DNA of 64,000 nt from Candidatus Kapaibacterium sp. (GCA_963665665.1 OY762428.1:1-64000), one strand, 5' to 3'; positions 1-9,980 are shown, counted from the first letter of the stretch. Made by a program: numbers and translations. Notes: generated from the letters alone by a model not told the origin.

Positions 1-1
1 A

Positions 2-772
2 TTTTCAAACATTGCAGGAGATTATGAAGATAAAATATACCTGAAGTTTGCCGGGCCTTTCTGCGAATACCGCGATACAATTGAAATATCCGGAATAGTA
101 AAACATGAAAACCTGATTTTCTTCCCCGAAACAATAGGAACTATAGGCGATCCTGATTTCCGCATCCCGTTAATGTTGAACCTGAATTCCACCGAGGATA
201 TAAGCGGATTGTCCTACACCGCCGAGATCAGCCTTGACGCCTACCTTTACGACCTTACGGGAATTGACAACGCAAACATTCTCAGCAATAAAATATCAGG
301 CAGGGAGCGTATTTTAAGCATATCAGGCGAGAACATCAGCCTTAGCAAAGGCGAACAGGCAATAGCAGAACTATCCGGCGGCCTGCTCCTGTCCGACATT
401 CGAGAATGCGATTTAAAAATAAACAGCTTCGAGTGGGACAGCCCCTATATCGACAATTCCACCCAAAACGGCCTGCTGAAAGTGGAAGAAATTTGCATCG
501 GCGACCTGCGCGCCATATCCACATTCGCCATCCCCGGCATCACAGCCTGTCCCAACCCGACAACAGGCCAAATCGAAATCAACCTCAGCGGGGTCATTTC
601 CAATCCGCAGAGCCTTAAAATATACGATTCACAAGGCAAGCTCCTCCGCGAACTTCCCATTAACAGCAAAGACAAAATTAAAATAAACATTCAGGACTTG
701 TCCTCAGGCCTCTACTTCCTCATCCTGAAAACCGCCTCCGGCGTTTATTATGATAAGGTGGTTGTTGAGTAA
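2..772 (+). CDS. 3' part of a secreted T9SS type A sorting-domain protein (5' end outside window)
   Basis: Frame is open from position 2 through ORF 173..772. C-terminus PNPTTG...IYDSQGKLL...LSSGLYFLIL...KVVVE is a typical T9SS CTD. Confidence 0.85.
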   Translation, partial: FSNIAGDYEDKIYLKFAGPFCEYRDTIEISGIVKHENLIFFPETIGTIGDPDFRIPLMLNLNSTEDISGLSYTAEISLDAYLYDLTGIDNANILSNKISGRERILSISGENISLSKGEQAIAELSGGLLLSDIRECDLKINSFEWDSPYIDNSTQNGLLKVEEICIGDLRAISTFAIPGITACPNPTTGQIEINLSGVISNPQSLKIYDSQGKLLRELPINSKDKIKINIQDLSSGLYFLILKTASGVYYDKVVVE

Positions 773-783
773 TTTAAACGAAA

Positions 784-916
784 GTAGTCGCCAACCTTCC
801 GAAGGTTTGCCAGATTAAGAAAGCTGTTGTTTGAGAAATCATTCTTTTCGAGAGAAATAGAGTAGGCCACTTCCAACCTCTTAGAGAGGGACGGGTTTGG
901 GAAGGTCAGCAACTAT
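784..916. repeat. REP/REPIN-like inverted doublet
   Basis: GTAGtcgccaaccttccgaaggtt at 784 (GTAG plus small palindrome) and an imperfect inverted copy ttgggaaggtcagcaactat ending at 916. Confidence 0.4.
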
Positions 917-1191
917 AATATTTCATAGTTCAGATCTTTTGATGTGGTAAAAAATCATTAATAAATACGACATATTAATGGATGTCATTGTTTTTCTAAC
1001 ACGTTGATTCTTTTTATATCGGGATGGCATTCAGAAATTATTGTAAAAGCAATCACGGGTATGAAACCCGAAGTTAATTTTGGGAACTGATTCCGCAGCA
1101 AGCTGCGCCATATTTATTCTCCGATTTCGTCGGGATTGTTCCTCTATCAAATTTCATTTCTCTTCGTTCATGAATTTTGTGTCTCACAAAT

Positions 1192-1217
1192 AAAAAAAGC
1201 CGTACTGTCAGCACGGC
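1192..1217 (-). terminator. Rho-independent terminator of mce
   Basis: gccgt...acggc stem next to an A7 run (U-tract on minus strand), just past the mce stop. Confidence 0.65.
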
Positions 1218-1243
1218 CCTAAATTTTCAGTTTTATATTAATT

Positions 1244-1651
1244 TTAATGATCCTGAGGCTGGCATATCTCGGTAAGAACGCCGTTGGTGGATTTCGGATG
1301 CAGGAAGGCAATAAGCATTTCATGAGCGCCAATTTGGGGCGTATCGTTAATCAGCCTTACTTCCTGTTCTTTCAGGTGTTCCAGGTCGCCTTCAATATTG
1401 TCAGTTTCAAAAGCTATATGATGTATACCCTCTCCCCTTTTTGCAATAAATTTTGCAATTGGCGATTCTTCATCTGTTGGTGAAGTAAGTTCAATTTTTA
1501 CTTCCCCAACATTGAACGATGCCACATTAACCTTTTGTTTTTCTACTGTTTCGCGGTGAATATCCTCGAAACCAAATAATTTCCTGAATGTTTCAATGCT
1601 TGCTTCCAGGTTCGTTACTGCTATTCCTATGTGATTAATTGCCTTAAGCAT
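1244..1651 (-). CDS. mce: methylmalonyl-CoA epimerase (VOC family)
   Basis: INHIGIAV, KIEL, GEGIHHIAF, FLHPKSTNGVLTEI motifs. ATG at 1651 preferred over TTG at 1663. Confidence 0.92.
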   Translation of the reverse strand: MLKAINHIGIAVTNLEASIETFRKLFGFEDIHRETVEKQKVNVASFNVGEVKIELTSPTDEESPIAKFIAKRGEGIHHIAFETDNIEGDLEHLKEQEVRLINDTPQIGAHEMLIAFLHPKSTNGVLTEICQPQDH

Positions 1652-1678
1652 TTTTCCTACCAAATTATTATTAATAAA

Positions 1679-2443
1679 CTATTTACTATCTAAATAAAAT
1701 TCTTCCACTGCTTTCAACTGCTCGGGAGAGTTGATTCCCTGAAGTTCTTCGAATGAAGCTTCGTTGAATGCAAACACTTTTTTGCCCTCGCCGCGAAGAA
1801 TATCAACAATATCGGTAAGGTAATATTCGCCCTGAGCGTTATTGTTGGATACTTTTTTCAGCGATTCGAACAAGTATCCGGCATTTACAAAATATATCCC
1901 GCTATTGAATTCAGTTACTTTTCTCTCTTCTTCAGAAGCATCTTTATGTTCGGTAATTTTTACAAAATCACCATTAATATCCCTGATAATTCGGCCGTAT
2001 CCTGTAGGGTCAGGAGCATCTGCCGTAAGAACCGATAGATCGGCTTTATTCTCAATATGTTTTGAGATAAATTTACGGATAGTTTCTTCCCTGAGTAGAG
2101 GAACATCGCCGCAAAGAATCAGAACATCTCCGGTAAAATCTTTCAGAACCGGTGCAGCCATATCAACAGCGTGGCCGGTTCCGAGCTGTTCTTCCTGGGT
2201 AACAAAATCAATATTATCCCTGCCGTAATTCGATACAAAATCGATAACCAGTTCTTTAAAATGGCCGACAATAGGAACAATTCTATCAGGTTGTAATTCG
2301 AATGTCATATCAAGGACGTGCCCGAGAAGGGGTTTTCCCGCCATCGGCACAAGAACTTTCGGAAGGTCGTTATTTTTCATTCTTTTGCCTTTTCCTGCAG
2401 CAAGTATCACAGCTGCAAAAGGCCTGTTTGTCACGTTTGGCAT
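1679..2443 (-). CDS. GlmU-like N-acetylglucosamine-1-phosphate uridyltransferase, N-terminal domain only
   Basis: LAAGKGKRM, PKVL, QLGTGHA, GDVPL, PTGYGRI, NNAQGEYYLTD motifs. Ends at 254 aa with no hexapeptide acetyltransferase domain. Confidence 0.85.
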   Translation of the reverse strand: MPNVTNRPFAAVILAAGKGKRMKNNDLPKVLVPMAGKPLLGHVLDMTFELQPDRIVPIVGHFKELVIDFVSNYGRDNIDFVTQEEQLGTGHAVDMAAPVLKDFTGDVLILCGDVPLLREETIRKFISKHIENKADLSVLTADAPDPTGYGRIIRDINGDFVKITEHKDASEEERKVTEFNSGIYFVNAGYLFESLKKVSNNNAQGEYYLTDIVDILRGEGKKVFAFNEASFEELQGINSPEQLKAVEEFYLDSK

Positions 2444-2482
2444 ATCAATCCTTTCTCATTTCGCAATCAGGAATACAATGCA

Positions 2483-2839
2483 TCAGAGCATTTGTTTCAC
2501 ATCATTATTCCTGTCAACCAATACAACGGTTGGTTTGTAATTCTTTGATTCTTCATCTTCCATGTTGGCATAGCTTATGATTATCACTTCGTCGCCAACT
2601 GTTCCTTTTCGGGCTGCGGCCCCGTTCAGGCAAATTGTCTTGCTGCCTCTTTCGCCGGGGATAACGTAAGTTTCAAATCTTTCCCCGTTATTAATGTTTA
2701 CTACAGCAACTTTTTCATGGACAATAATATCCGCAGCTTCCATCAGGTTTTGGTCAATTGTAAGGCTGCCTTCATAATATAGCTCGGCTTCAGTTACAGT
2801 TGCCCTGTGTATTTTAGATTTTAGCATTATTCTTTGCAT
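2483..2839 (-). CDS. panD: aspartate 1-decarboxylase
   Basis: [14 protein letters not shown] pyruvoyl cleavage site, [16 protein letters not shown]. Confidence 0.97.
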   Translation of the reverse strand: MQRIMLKSKIHRATVTEAELYYEGSLTIDQNLMEAADIIVHEKVAVVNINNGERFETYVIPGERGSKTICLNGAAARKGTVGDEVIIISYANMEDEESKNYKPTVVLVDRNNDVKQML

Positions 2840-3037
2840 TTTACTAATCTCCGGATTCTAAAAAATTCAAAAATCCCGACATGCAAATTAGGGGTTTTTG
2901 TCAACTTATACAACGTATAATTGATAATAATAATTGATTTGTAAACACAAACCAATTATTATCAGACTGGTAAAATTTATATTCTTTACAAAATTGTATT
3001 TGGAATAATGAGCTTTGCAAGAAAAACAGGATAATGA

Positions 3038-4117
3038 TCAATCCTTAAGCCGTTTTAAATGGCAAAACAGCAATTCCCCTTCGGTTCCTTCATGCAGGTG
3101 CATACCGTTACCTTCACAATATTTATAGCTTGAGCAATCAGCACAAATCCCTTTTTTTGTCCAACTACGATCCCGGAAAACATTAAACCTGTTTTCCCAG
3201 ACGTCAGCAAAATTATCTTTATAAATATTCCCCTGGTTGAAATTATACCTTACACTCGGGCAGGCAGATATTGAACCGTCAGCCAGCACGGATGCTATAT
3301 TTATACCCGCCCGGCAGAAATAGAAATTATCTCGGACTTCTCCCTCGTATTTGCCAAGAAATCCCTCGCAGCCGTAATTTGTTCTGATAATTCCTTCGCT
3401 TCTTGTTTTCTTTATAAAATCCATCAGGCCGATAAACTGTTCATTGCTCAACTGCAAATCATCAATTCCGGCAGCCCTGCCAATGGGAAATACCGTAAAA
3501 AGCCGCCAGTTAGTAATTCCCATCTTTACTAGCAAGTTTTTAATTTCTTCAAGCTCATGGAAATTTTTATTATTTACACAGGTTGCAACATCGTATTTCA
3601 AGTTCGGGGCAAGCGGCAGCATCTTTACTGCATTCAAAGCATTATCGAAACTTGCAGTGTGGCCGCGCATCCATGTATGGGATTCTTTCAGGCCGTCAAG
3701 GCTTATGGTTATCGACCGGAGTCCGGCATTAAGCAATGATTCAAAACGGCTTCTATTTAATAAAAGACCGTTGCTAACTATCCCCCATGGAAATCTATTT
3801 GAATACAGCCTGCGGCCAATTTCCTCAAGGTCTTTTCTCATCAAAGGTTCCCCACCGGTCAGGGCTATCATTGTTTTTTCAGGTTCAATAATCGGCAGAG
3901 CCTGTTCAAGCGCTCTGAAAAAATCATCAGCCGGCATATCCTGAATATTTGCATCGCGTTTACAATCGCTGCCGCAATGAATACAACTCAGGTTGCACCT
4001 GAGAGTACATTCCCAGAAAATATAATTCAAGCGATGCAGCTTCTTCTCATTTGCCACGTAGCGGCTGTGCAGTTTAAGTGCAATTTTTTTCTTCAGAGGA
4101 ATTGTATTATTACTCAT
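3038..4117 (-). CDS. radical SAM/SPASM enzyme, rSAM/lipoprotein system (TIGR04133-like)
   Basis: CNLSCIHC motif, TGGEPL, SPASM cysteines CRAG...SISAC...CADC...YCEGNGMH. Overlaps the upstream lipoprotein gene. Confidence 0.88.
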   Translation of the reverse strand: MSNNTIPLKKKIALKLHSRYVANEKKLHRLNYIFWECTLRCNLSCIHCGSDCKRDANIQDMPADDFFRALEQALPIIEPEKTMIALTGGEPLMRKDLEEIGRRLYSNRFPWGIVSNGLLLNRSRFESLLNAGLRSITISLDGLKESHTWMRGHTASFDNALNAVKMLPLAPNLKYDVATCVNNKNFHELEEIKNLLVKMGITNWRLFTVFPIGRAAGIDDLQLSNEQFIGLMDFIKKTRSEGIIRTNYGCEGFLGKYEGEVRDNFYFCRAGINIASVLADGSISACPSVRYNFNQGNIYKDNFADVWENRFNVFRDRSWTKKGICADCSSYKYCEGNGMHLHEGTEGELLFCHLKRLKD

Positions 4118-4589
4118 TTTCCGGTGTCAGCCTGATTTCAATATCTTTTTCTGTTTTACCATAATCCCAACTGCCGTCGCCTCCTTCAAAATCAGGATTC
4201 TCAACAATTACATTAGATTGCATGGATCTGTAATTCCCGTTTTCATCGCCGTCAACATCAGCAACATCGAATGGAAACGATTTTCTTTGTGGCAGGCCAT
4301 TAACGTCCAATTCAAATTTCCCGTCACTATCAGTATAAACTGTATCAAAATCCAAAGCTACCCTTATTCCCTGTATAGCTTTATCATTTTCAACAGACAT
4401 CACTCTGCCGTTAAAAATGAAATGTGCGCTTGGCATACCGTATAAAGGCTGAACTCCGTTATCATCATCTTTTTCACTTTTTTTACAGCCTGCGGCAAAA
4501 CCCAGCATAGTAATCCCGATCGCTATTCCTGCATTGTATTTGTTCAGCAATAATTTTTTAAAACGCTCAATATTTTTTCGTTTTTTCAT
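4110..4589 (-). CDS. radical SAM-associated lipoprotein (TIGR04134-like), paralog 1
   Basis: Signal peptide, lipobox AAGC, acidic linker, LYGMP motif, DVDGDENG. Confidence 0.82.
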   Translation of the reverse strand: MKKRKNIERFKKLLLNKYNAGIAIGITMLGFAAGCKKSEKDDDNGVQPLYGMPSAHFIFNGRVMSVENDKAIQGIRVALDFDTVYTDSDGKFELDVNGLPQRKSFPFDVADVDGDENGNYRSMQSNVIVENPDFEGGDGSWDYGKTEKDIEIRLTPENE

Positions 4590-4616
4590 AAGTCACCTGT
4601 AAAAAATTTAATATTC

Positions 4617-5096
4617 TTATTCGTCAGGATTAAGCCTGATTTCAATATTATTTTCTGTCTTTCCGCCATCAAGATATCCCCTGGAACCTGTAAATGTCGG
4701 ATTCTCCAGGACAATATTAGCTTTCATGTCACTGTATTTACCGTTTTTATCACCGTCAACATCACTGATATCCATCGGAAAAGATTTCCGATCAGGATTT
4801 GAGTAATTTTCAAATTTAAACTTCCCCTCTTCATCAGTATATACGGTATCATAATCAAGTGCTACCCTTATACCACTAATAGCCTCTTCGGTTTCAGCAG
4901 AAAGCACTTCGCCGTTAAAAACAAAATTTGCCCGTGGAACTCCGTATTCGGGAGCAATAATATTATCATTGTCATCTTTATCACTTTTCTTACATCCGGT
5001 AGAAAATCCCAGGACTGTAATACCGATAGTCAGGGCAGCACTGCATTTTTTCAGGAAAGCCCTGTTGATTTTTTCAAATATTCTATTGTTCTTCAA
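4617..5096 (-). CDS. radical SAM-associated lipoprotein (TIGR04134-like), paralog 2
   Basis: TTG start with GGAG upstream, lipobox STGC, EYGVP motif. Clearly paralogous to 4110..4589. Confidence 0.82.
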   Translation of the reverse strand: MKNNRIFEKINRAFLKKCSAALTIGITVLGFSTGCKKSDKDDNDNIIAPEYGVPRANFVFNGEVLSAETEEAISGIRVALDYDTVYTDEEGKFKFENYSNPDRKSFPMDISDVDGDKNGKYSDMKANIVLENPTFTGSRGYLDGGKTENNIEIRLNPDE

Positions 5097-5264
5097 ACCA
5101 TTTCTCCATGATTGATTGAAATATGATTATGAAACTAACAATATTAACTGATAAGATAAAGAAAAGTTACGTTATAAATATTTTATCATTTCAATATACT
5201 TCAATTCACAAAAAATTACTAATTTTATATTTTGAATCTATTCTTAAACGAGAAGGTAAATATT

Positions 5265-5657
5265 ATGAAAGAAACTTCGCTGACAAGGCTTGGGATTAAA
5301 AATGCCGAGTTCTACAGTTACCATGGCGTTAAAGATGAAGAGAAATCTCTTGGTGGAAAATACCAGGTTGACCTTGATATTTGGTATGATGCCAAAGCAG
5401 CCGTGATAAATGACGACGTGAAGTTCGCGCTTAATTACGAGGAAGCAATGTATTGCATTGCAGAAATTCTGGAAGAAGAACAGTTTGACCTTGTTGAAAC
5501 TATTGCATCTGAGATACTTAACCTATGTATGGAAAAATTCAGAAACCTGGAAAAAGCCACCGTCAGAATTCGAAAACTGGCTGTTCCTATGCGCAGGGTG
5601 GTTGACCATATCGAAGTGGAACAATCAATATCCAGAAAACATGCTGCCTCCAACTGA
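5265..5657 (+). CDS. folB: dihydroneopterin aldolase
   Basis: FYSYHGV..EE..LG..YQVD, LNYE, FDLVE.IA, VRIRK. Directly upstream of folK. ATG at 5265. Confidence 0.93.
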   Translation: MKETSLTRLGIKNAEFYSYHGVKDEEKSLGGKYQVDLDIWYDAKAAVINDDVKFALNYEEAMYCIAEILEEEQFDLVETIASEILNLCMEKFRNLEKATVRIRKLAVPMRRVVDHIEVEQSISRKHAASN

Positions 5658-6150
5658 CAATATTGACAAAACTTTTGTTCTGCTGTCGTTGGGGTCAAAC
5701 CTTGGCAGCAGGAAAAAGATTATTGAAACAGCTTTATCCGTACTTGTTGATGCAGGAATAATTTTTGATACTACATTGTCATCATTTTATTCAACCGAAC
5801 CCGTTGGATTCAGCGACCAGCCGGAATTTATTAATGCAGCAATATCTGCTTATACGGATATGCCATTTGCCGATCTGCTTTGTGCCTGTAAATCTGTTGA
5901 ATATTTTCTTGGCAGAACGATAAGAAAAAGATGGCATGAACGTGAAATTGACATCGACCTGCTTCTTTATGGCGATACCCGCTTCGATAGTAAGAAACTG
6001 ACAATCCCCCACCCGCGTATGCACGAACGGCGTTTTGTACTTGAACCTGCTGCCGAGATAGCAGCGACTGTTGTTCATCCTGTACTGAATAAATCAATAG
6101 AATCACTTCTTGAAGAATGCACTGATAATTCAGGGGTTACAAGGTTGTAG
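5641..6150 (+). CDS. folK: 6-hydroxymethyl-7,8-dihydropterin pyrophosphokinase
   Basis: LSLGSNLG, QPEFIN, REIDIDLL, LTIPHPRMHERRFVL. Likely start is ATG 5641, not 5458. Confidence 0.95.
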   Translation: MLPPTDNIDKTFVLLSLGSNLGSRKKIIETALSVLVDAGIIFDTTLSSFYSTEPVGFSDQPEFINAAISAYTDMPFADLLCACKSVEYFLGRTIRKRWHEREIDIDLLLYGDTRFDSKKLTIPHPRMHERRFVLEPAAEIAATVVHPVLNKSIESLLEECTDNSGVTRL

Positions 6151-6307
6151 AAACTTTAATATGTATTTTGGGGATCAATCGGTAAATATTGAGTTTCCAT
6201 ACTCAAATTTTTAGAAATCGGGTCAAATTATATCCACTACCATCCGTCAGGACAAGGCAATCCCGACGGAAGTATTAGAATTTTTCAAAATCAATTTCCC
6301 CAATCAA

Positions 6308-7117
6308 CTATTTCTTCTCCAGCGATTTCGCCTCTTCCCATATTTCATCCATTTCACCGAGAGTCAAATCCCTAAGATCCCTGCCCTGCTCAGCAACTTT
6401 TTTCTCAATGTAATTAAAACGGGATGTAAATTTGTTGTTTGTCCTTTGCAGAGCTTCTTCAGGCATTATTTCTTCGAAACGGGCAGCATTCACAATTGCA
6501 AATATCAGGTCGCCAAGTTCATCTGTAATTCTGTCCTTATTTCTGTTTTGAATTTCTTCCTTCAGTTCGCCAAGTTCTTCTTCAACCTTTGCCCAAACAT
6601 CTAATTTGTTATCCCAGTCAAACCCTACCTTTGAGGCTTTATGCTGAATTCTTTCAGCCCGCAGCAGTGCCGGCAATGCCCTGGGAACGCCCTGTAGCGC
6701 AGATTTCTGCCCTTCTTTTTTCTTAAGTTGTTCCCAATTCCGAACTACATCTTCCTCCCCGTCGACCTCTAATCCGTCAAAAACATGCGGATGACGGCTT
6801 ACAAGTTTGTTCTGAATTTTTACAAATACATCAATCATATTAAATGCCCCCCTTTCTTCAGCCATTATGGAGTGCATAATAATGTGCAGCAAAACATCGC
6901 CCAGTTCTGTTGCAAATTCATTATCATCTTTCTTTTCCACAGCGTCCACCATTTCATAAACTTCTTCAATGCTAAGGTAGGCAATCGATTCATTGGTCTG
7001 CTTGCTATCCCAGGGGCAATCTTTCCTTAAAATTTTTATTACTTCATATAAAGCCATAAATTGGTCGGTCATGCTTTCAGGATTCTGTGCTTTTGGTATT
7101 TTATTTTTTTTATTCAT
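6308..7117 (-). CDS. mazG: nucleoside triphosphate pyrophosphohydrolase MazG
   Basis: CPWD..QT, EEVYE, ELGDVLL, RHPHVF, VGFDW, second ELGD domain. Confidence 0.95.
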   Translation of the reverse strand: MNKKNKIPKAQNPESMTDQFMALYEVIKILRKDCPWDSKQTNESIAYLSIEEVYEMVDAVEKKDDNEFATELGDVLLHIIMHSIMAEERGAFNMIDVFVKIQNKLVSRHPHVFDGLEVDGEEDVVRNWEQLKKKEGQKSALQGVPRALPALLRAERIQHKASKVGFDWDNKLDVWAKVEEELGELKEEIQNRNKDRITDELGDLIFAIVNAARFEEIMPEEALQRTNNKFTSRFNYIEKKVAEQGRDLRDLTLGEMDEIWEEAKSLEKK

Positions 7118-7325
7118 CAGTCAACCGGATCACTTTTTAAAAAATTGTTTGAATATTGTTTTGCAAGCTAATAAAAATTGAAAGAAGCCAATAAAAAAAC
7201 GGGTGTTATATAAAATGTTTTTATAATTTCAGGGGTTTTTCATAACTTGCATACTTGTTAAAACTGATATTGCGGGAATTGTGTTTTAACCGGAATATAA
7301 TAAAGTTTTTTAATACGAGGATATT

Positions 7326-8129
7326 ATGGGTAAAAATAACCACTACGCATTAATACTTGGCGTTTCCAGCGGATTTGGAAGATCTTCGGCTGTTGGCCTT
7401 GCAAAAAAAGGATACAATATTTTCGGCGTCCATCTTGATATGGGCTCCGCAAAAAAAGAAGCGGCTGAATTTGCTAAGGAACTTGAATCCTACGGTGCTA
7501 AGGTAAAATTCTTCAATGTTAATGCTGCAGATGACAAAAAACGCCTTGAAGTAATAGAAGAGATAAAGCAGAACTACTCTCATGAAGAAAATTTCAAACT
7601 GAGAGTATTGATACACTCACTTGCATTCGGCGCTATTAAACCGTTATTTTCCGAGAATCCCGAAAATATGGTTTCGAAAAAACAGGTGGAGATGACCATG
7701 GACGTTATGGCCAACAGCCTTGTTTACTGGACTCAGGACCTGTTTAACCACAAACTGCTGGCTGAAAACTCACGAATATTTGCATTAACCAGTATCGGCT
7801 CAAGCCGTGCAATGGTTAATTACGGCGCAATTTCTGCTGCCAAAGCTGCTATTGAAGCCTATATCAGGCAAATAGCTGTTGAACTTGCTCCCTACAAAAT
7901 CACTGCTAATGCCATACTTGCTGGTATAACAGATACTCCGGCAGCACAAAAGATCCCCGGTTTTGAAAGAATGCTGGAACATGCCAAACAGCATAATCCT
8001 TTCAACAGGAATACCATTCCGGAAGACGTAGCAAGAACTATATGTATGTTCGCGGATGAAAATTTCTACTGGATAACCGGACAGGTTCTCGGCGTTGACG
8101 GCGGCGAGAATATAAAAAATTCACATTGA
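7326..8129 (+). CDS. SDR family oxidoreductase (enoyl-ACP reductase FabL/FabI-like)
   Basis: GVSSGFG Rossmann motif, Y-x6-K catalytic motif (YGAISAAK), ITGQVLGVDGG. Confidence 0.8.
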   Translation: MGKNNHYALILGVSSGFGRSSAVGLAKKGYNIFGVHLDMGSAKKEAAEFAKELESYGAKVKFFNVNAADDKKRLEVIEEIKQNYSHEENFKLRVLIHSLAFGAIKPLFSENPENMVSKKQVEMTMDVMANSLVYWTQDLFNHKLLAENSRIFALTSIGSSRAMVNYGAISAAKAAIEAYIRQIAVELAPYKITANAILAGITDTPAAQKIPGFERMLEHAKQHNPFNRNTIPEDVARTICMFADENFYWITGQVLGVDGGENIKNSH

Positions 8130-8168
8130 TACAAGGAAATTTTTTAATAAAATTTACAGGATTATTTC

Positions 8169-9308
8169 ATGGATTTACAGTTCACAGAAGAACAACTTAT
8201 GCTTCGCGACATGGTTCGCGATTTCGCCACAAACGAATTAAAGCCATTGGCCGCTCAGATCGACGAACAGGAAGAAATACCACAGGATATTATTAATAAA
8301 ATTGGTGAACTTGGCCTTCTTGGTGCTGCATTCCCCGAAGAATACGGCGGATCAGGATTCGGTGAAGTCGGTTATTGTATGATCCAGGAAGAAATTGGCC
8401 ACTCTTGCCTTTCAACTGCAACAATGATCGGTGCTCATGTTTCAATCGGAACAAATTCAATTTATATTGGGGCAAACGAAGAACTCAAGCAGAAATATTT
8501 GCCGGCTCTTACATCGGGAGAAAAAATTGCTGCTTTCTGCCTTACAGAACCAGGGGCCGGCTCGGACTCTTTCAACCTGAAAACAAAAGCAGAACTTGAT
8601 GGTGACGAATGGGTGATCAATGGTGAAAAACTCTGGATCACTAATGCTCCTTTCGCTGATGTTTTCTCTGTATTTGCAAGAACAAAAAAAGGAATTTCCT
8701 GCTTTGTTGTTGAAAAAGGTACTCCAGGACTGACAACAGGCGCTCCAGAGAAAAAACTTGGTATCCGTGGCAGCAAAACATCTTCTATCACTTTCGATAA
8801 TGTTCGCATTCCTAAGGACAACCTTGTTGGCAGGGACGGGCGCGGTTTCCTTATTGCAATGAAAACTCTTGATGCAGGAAGGCTCGGCCTTGGTGCAGCA
8901 TGCCTTGGTGCATGTAAAGAGCTATTACAGCTTTCAGTTGCTTATGCAAAAGAAAGAAAACAGTTCGACCAGCCGATATCAAACTTCCAGGCTGTTCAAT
9001 TCATGATCTCTGATATGGCTACACTGATATATTCAGCAGAATCTCTCGTTTATCGTACTGCTGCAAAATATGACGCCAAAACAATGACTTCGCGCGAATC
9101 GGCAATGGTAAAACTGGTTGCTTCGGAAGCCCTTGACAGATGTGCTGATATGGCCATGCAGATACACGGAGGAATGGGTTATTCACGTGAAATGCCAATT
9201 GAAAGATTCTACCGCGATTCAAGGATCAACAGGATATTTGAAGGTACAAGCGAAATACAGAAAATGGTTATCGCACACGACGTATTGAAACGCGGCGGTA
9301 AAATATAA
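8169..9308 (+). CDS. acyl-CoA dehydrogenase
   Basis: CLTEPGAGSD, NGEKLWITN, RKQF, QIHGGMGY, IFEGTSEIQ. Confidence 0.95.
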   Translation: MDLQFTEEQLMLRDMVRDFATNELKPLAAQIDEQEEIPQDIINKIGELGLLGAAFPEEYGGSGFGEVGYCMIQEEIGHSCLSTATMIGAHVSIGTNSIYIGANEELKQKYLPALTSGEKIAAFCLTEPGAGSDSFNLKTKAELDGDEWVINGEKLWITNAPFADVFSVFARTKKGISCFVVEKGTPGLTTGAPEKKLGIRGSKTSSITFDNVRIPKDNLVGRDGRGFLIAMKTLDAGRLGLGAACLGACKELLQLSVAYAKERKQFDQPISNFQAVQFMISDMATLIYSAESLVYRTAAKYDAKTMTSRESAMVKLVASEALDRCADMAMQIHGGMGYSREMPIERFYRDSRINRIFEGTSEIQKMVIAHDVLKRGGKI

Positions 9309-9333
9309 TCTGAAAAAATATTCAATTTGTAAT

Positions 9334-9363
9334 GGCCGCGGTTTTTAAAGCCGCGGTTTTTTT
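9334..9363 (+). terminator. Rho-independent terminator
   Basis: ggccgcgg-tttttaaa-gccgcgg stem followed by a T run after the acyl-CoA dehydrogenase gene. Confidence 0.75.
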
Positions 9364-9404
9364 ATTAGCTTTGAATCTGGTATTTGATGTAATGTTTAAA
9401 TGAG

Positions 9405-9980
9405 ATGAGTGAAATGATCTGGATAGTACCAATATTAATATTTTTTGCGAGAATAATTGACGTCAGTATTGGAACAATAAGAATAATTCTTGTTGGTAAG
9501 GGTTACAGAGCAATCTCTGCAATACTTGGTTTTGTGGAAGTTCTGATATGGGTTATTGCAATAGGGCAAATCATGCAGAACTTAAATAGCTGGATACATT
9601 ATATTGCTTATGCATCAGGCTTTGCAGCAGGAACCTATATTGGAATAGTTATTGAGCAAAAGCTTTCCATTGGTAAAGTTGTCCTGAGAATAATTACAAG
9701 AAGGGATGCCACAGAATTACTTAACGTACTCTGTGAAAAAGAGTATTCCCTGACCAGTTTTGATGCCATGGGCAGGTTCGAGGAAGTAAAGATTATTTAT
9801 ATGGTAATCAGAAGAAGACAGATAAAAGAATTGATCAAATTAATCAACAAACACAACCCTAAAGCCTTTTACACAATTGAAGACGTTCGATTTGTAAATG
9901 AAACATTTGCAACCAACCCGACCCATCCGGGATTTTTAAAAAGGATAAGTGGCAGAAGAAAATTAGGAGTCAGGAAATAA
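9405..9980 (+). CDS. UPF0316 / DUF2179 family membrane protein
   Basis: IFFARIIDVSIGTIR, GFVEVLIW, GFAAGTYIG, PKAFYTIEDVR. Confidence 0.88.
   Translation: MSEMIWIVPILIFFARIIDVSIGTIRIILVGKGYRAISAILGFVEVLIWVIAIGQIMQNLNSWIHYIAYASGFAAGTYIGIVIEQKLSIGKVVLRIITRRDATELLNVLCEKEYSLTSFDAMGRFEEVKIIYMVIRRRQIKELIKLINKHNPKAFYTIEDVRFVNETFATNPTHPGFLKRISGRRKLGVRK

Noticed and set aside
4110-5096. Paralogous lipoproteins (and the T9SS 3' ends) as DGR template/variable repeats
   Set aside because: No reverse transcriptase, both copies are intact genes, and differences are not visibly confined to adenines.
5458-5640. N-terminal extension of FolK in the ORF track
   Set aside because: Overlaps folB in another frame; ATG 5641 gives a normal FolK.
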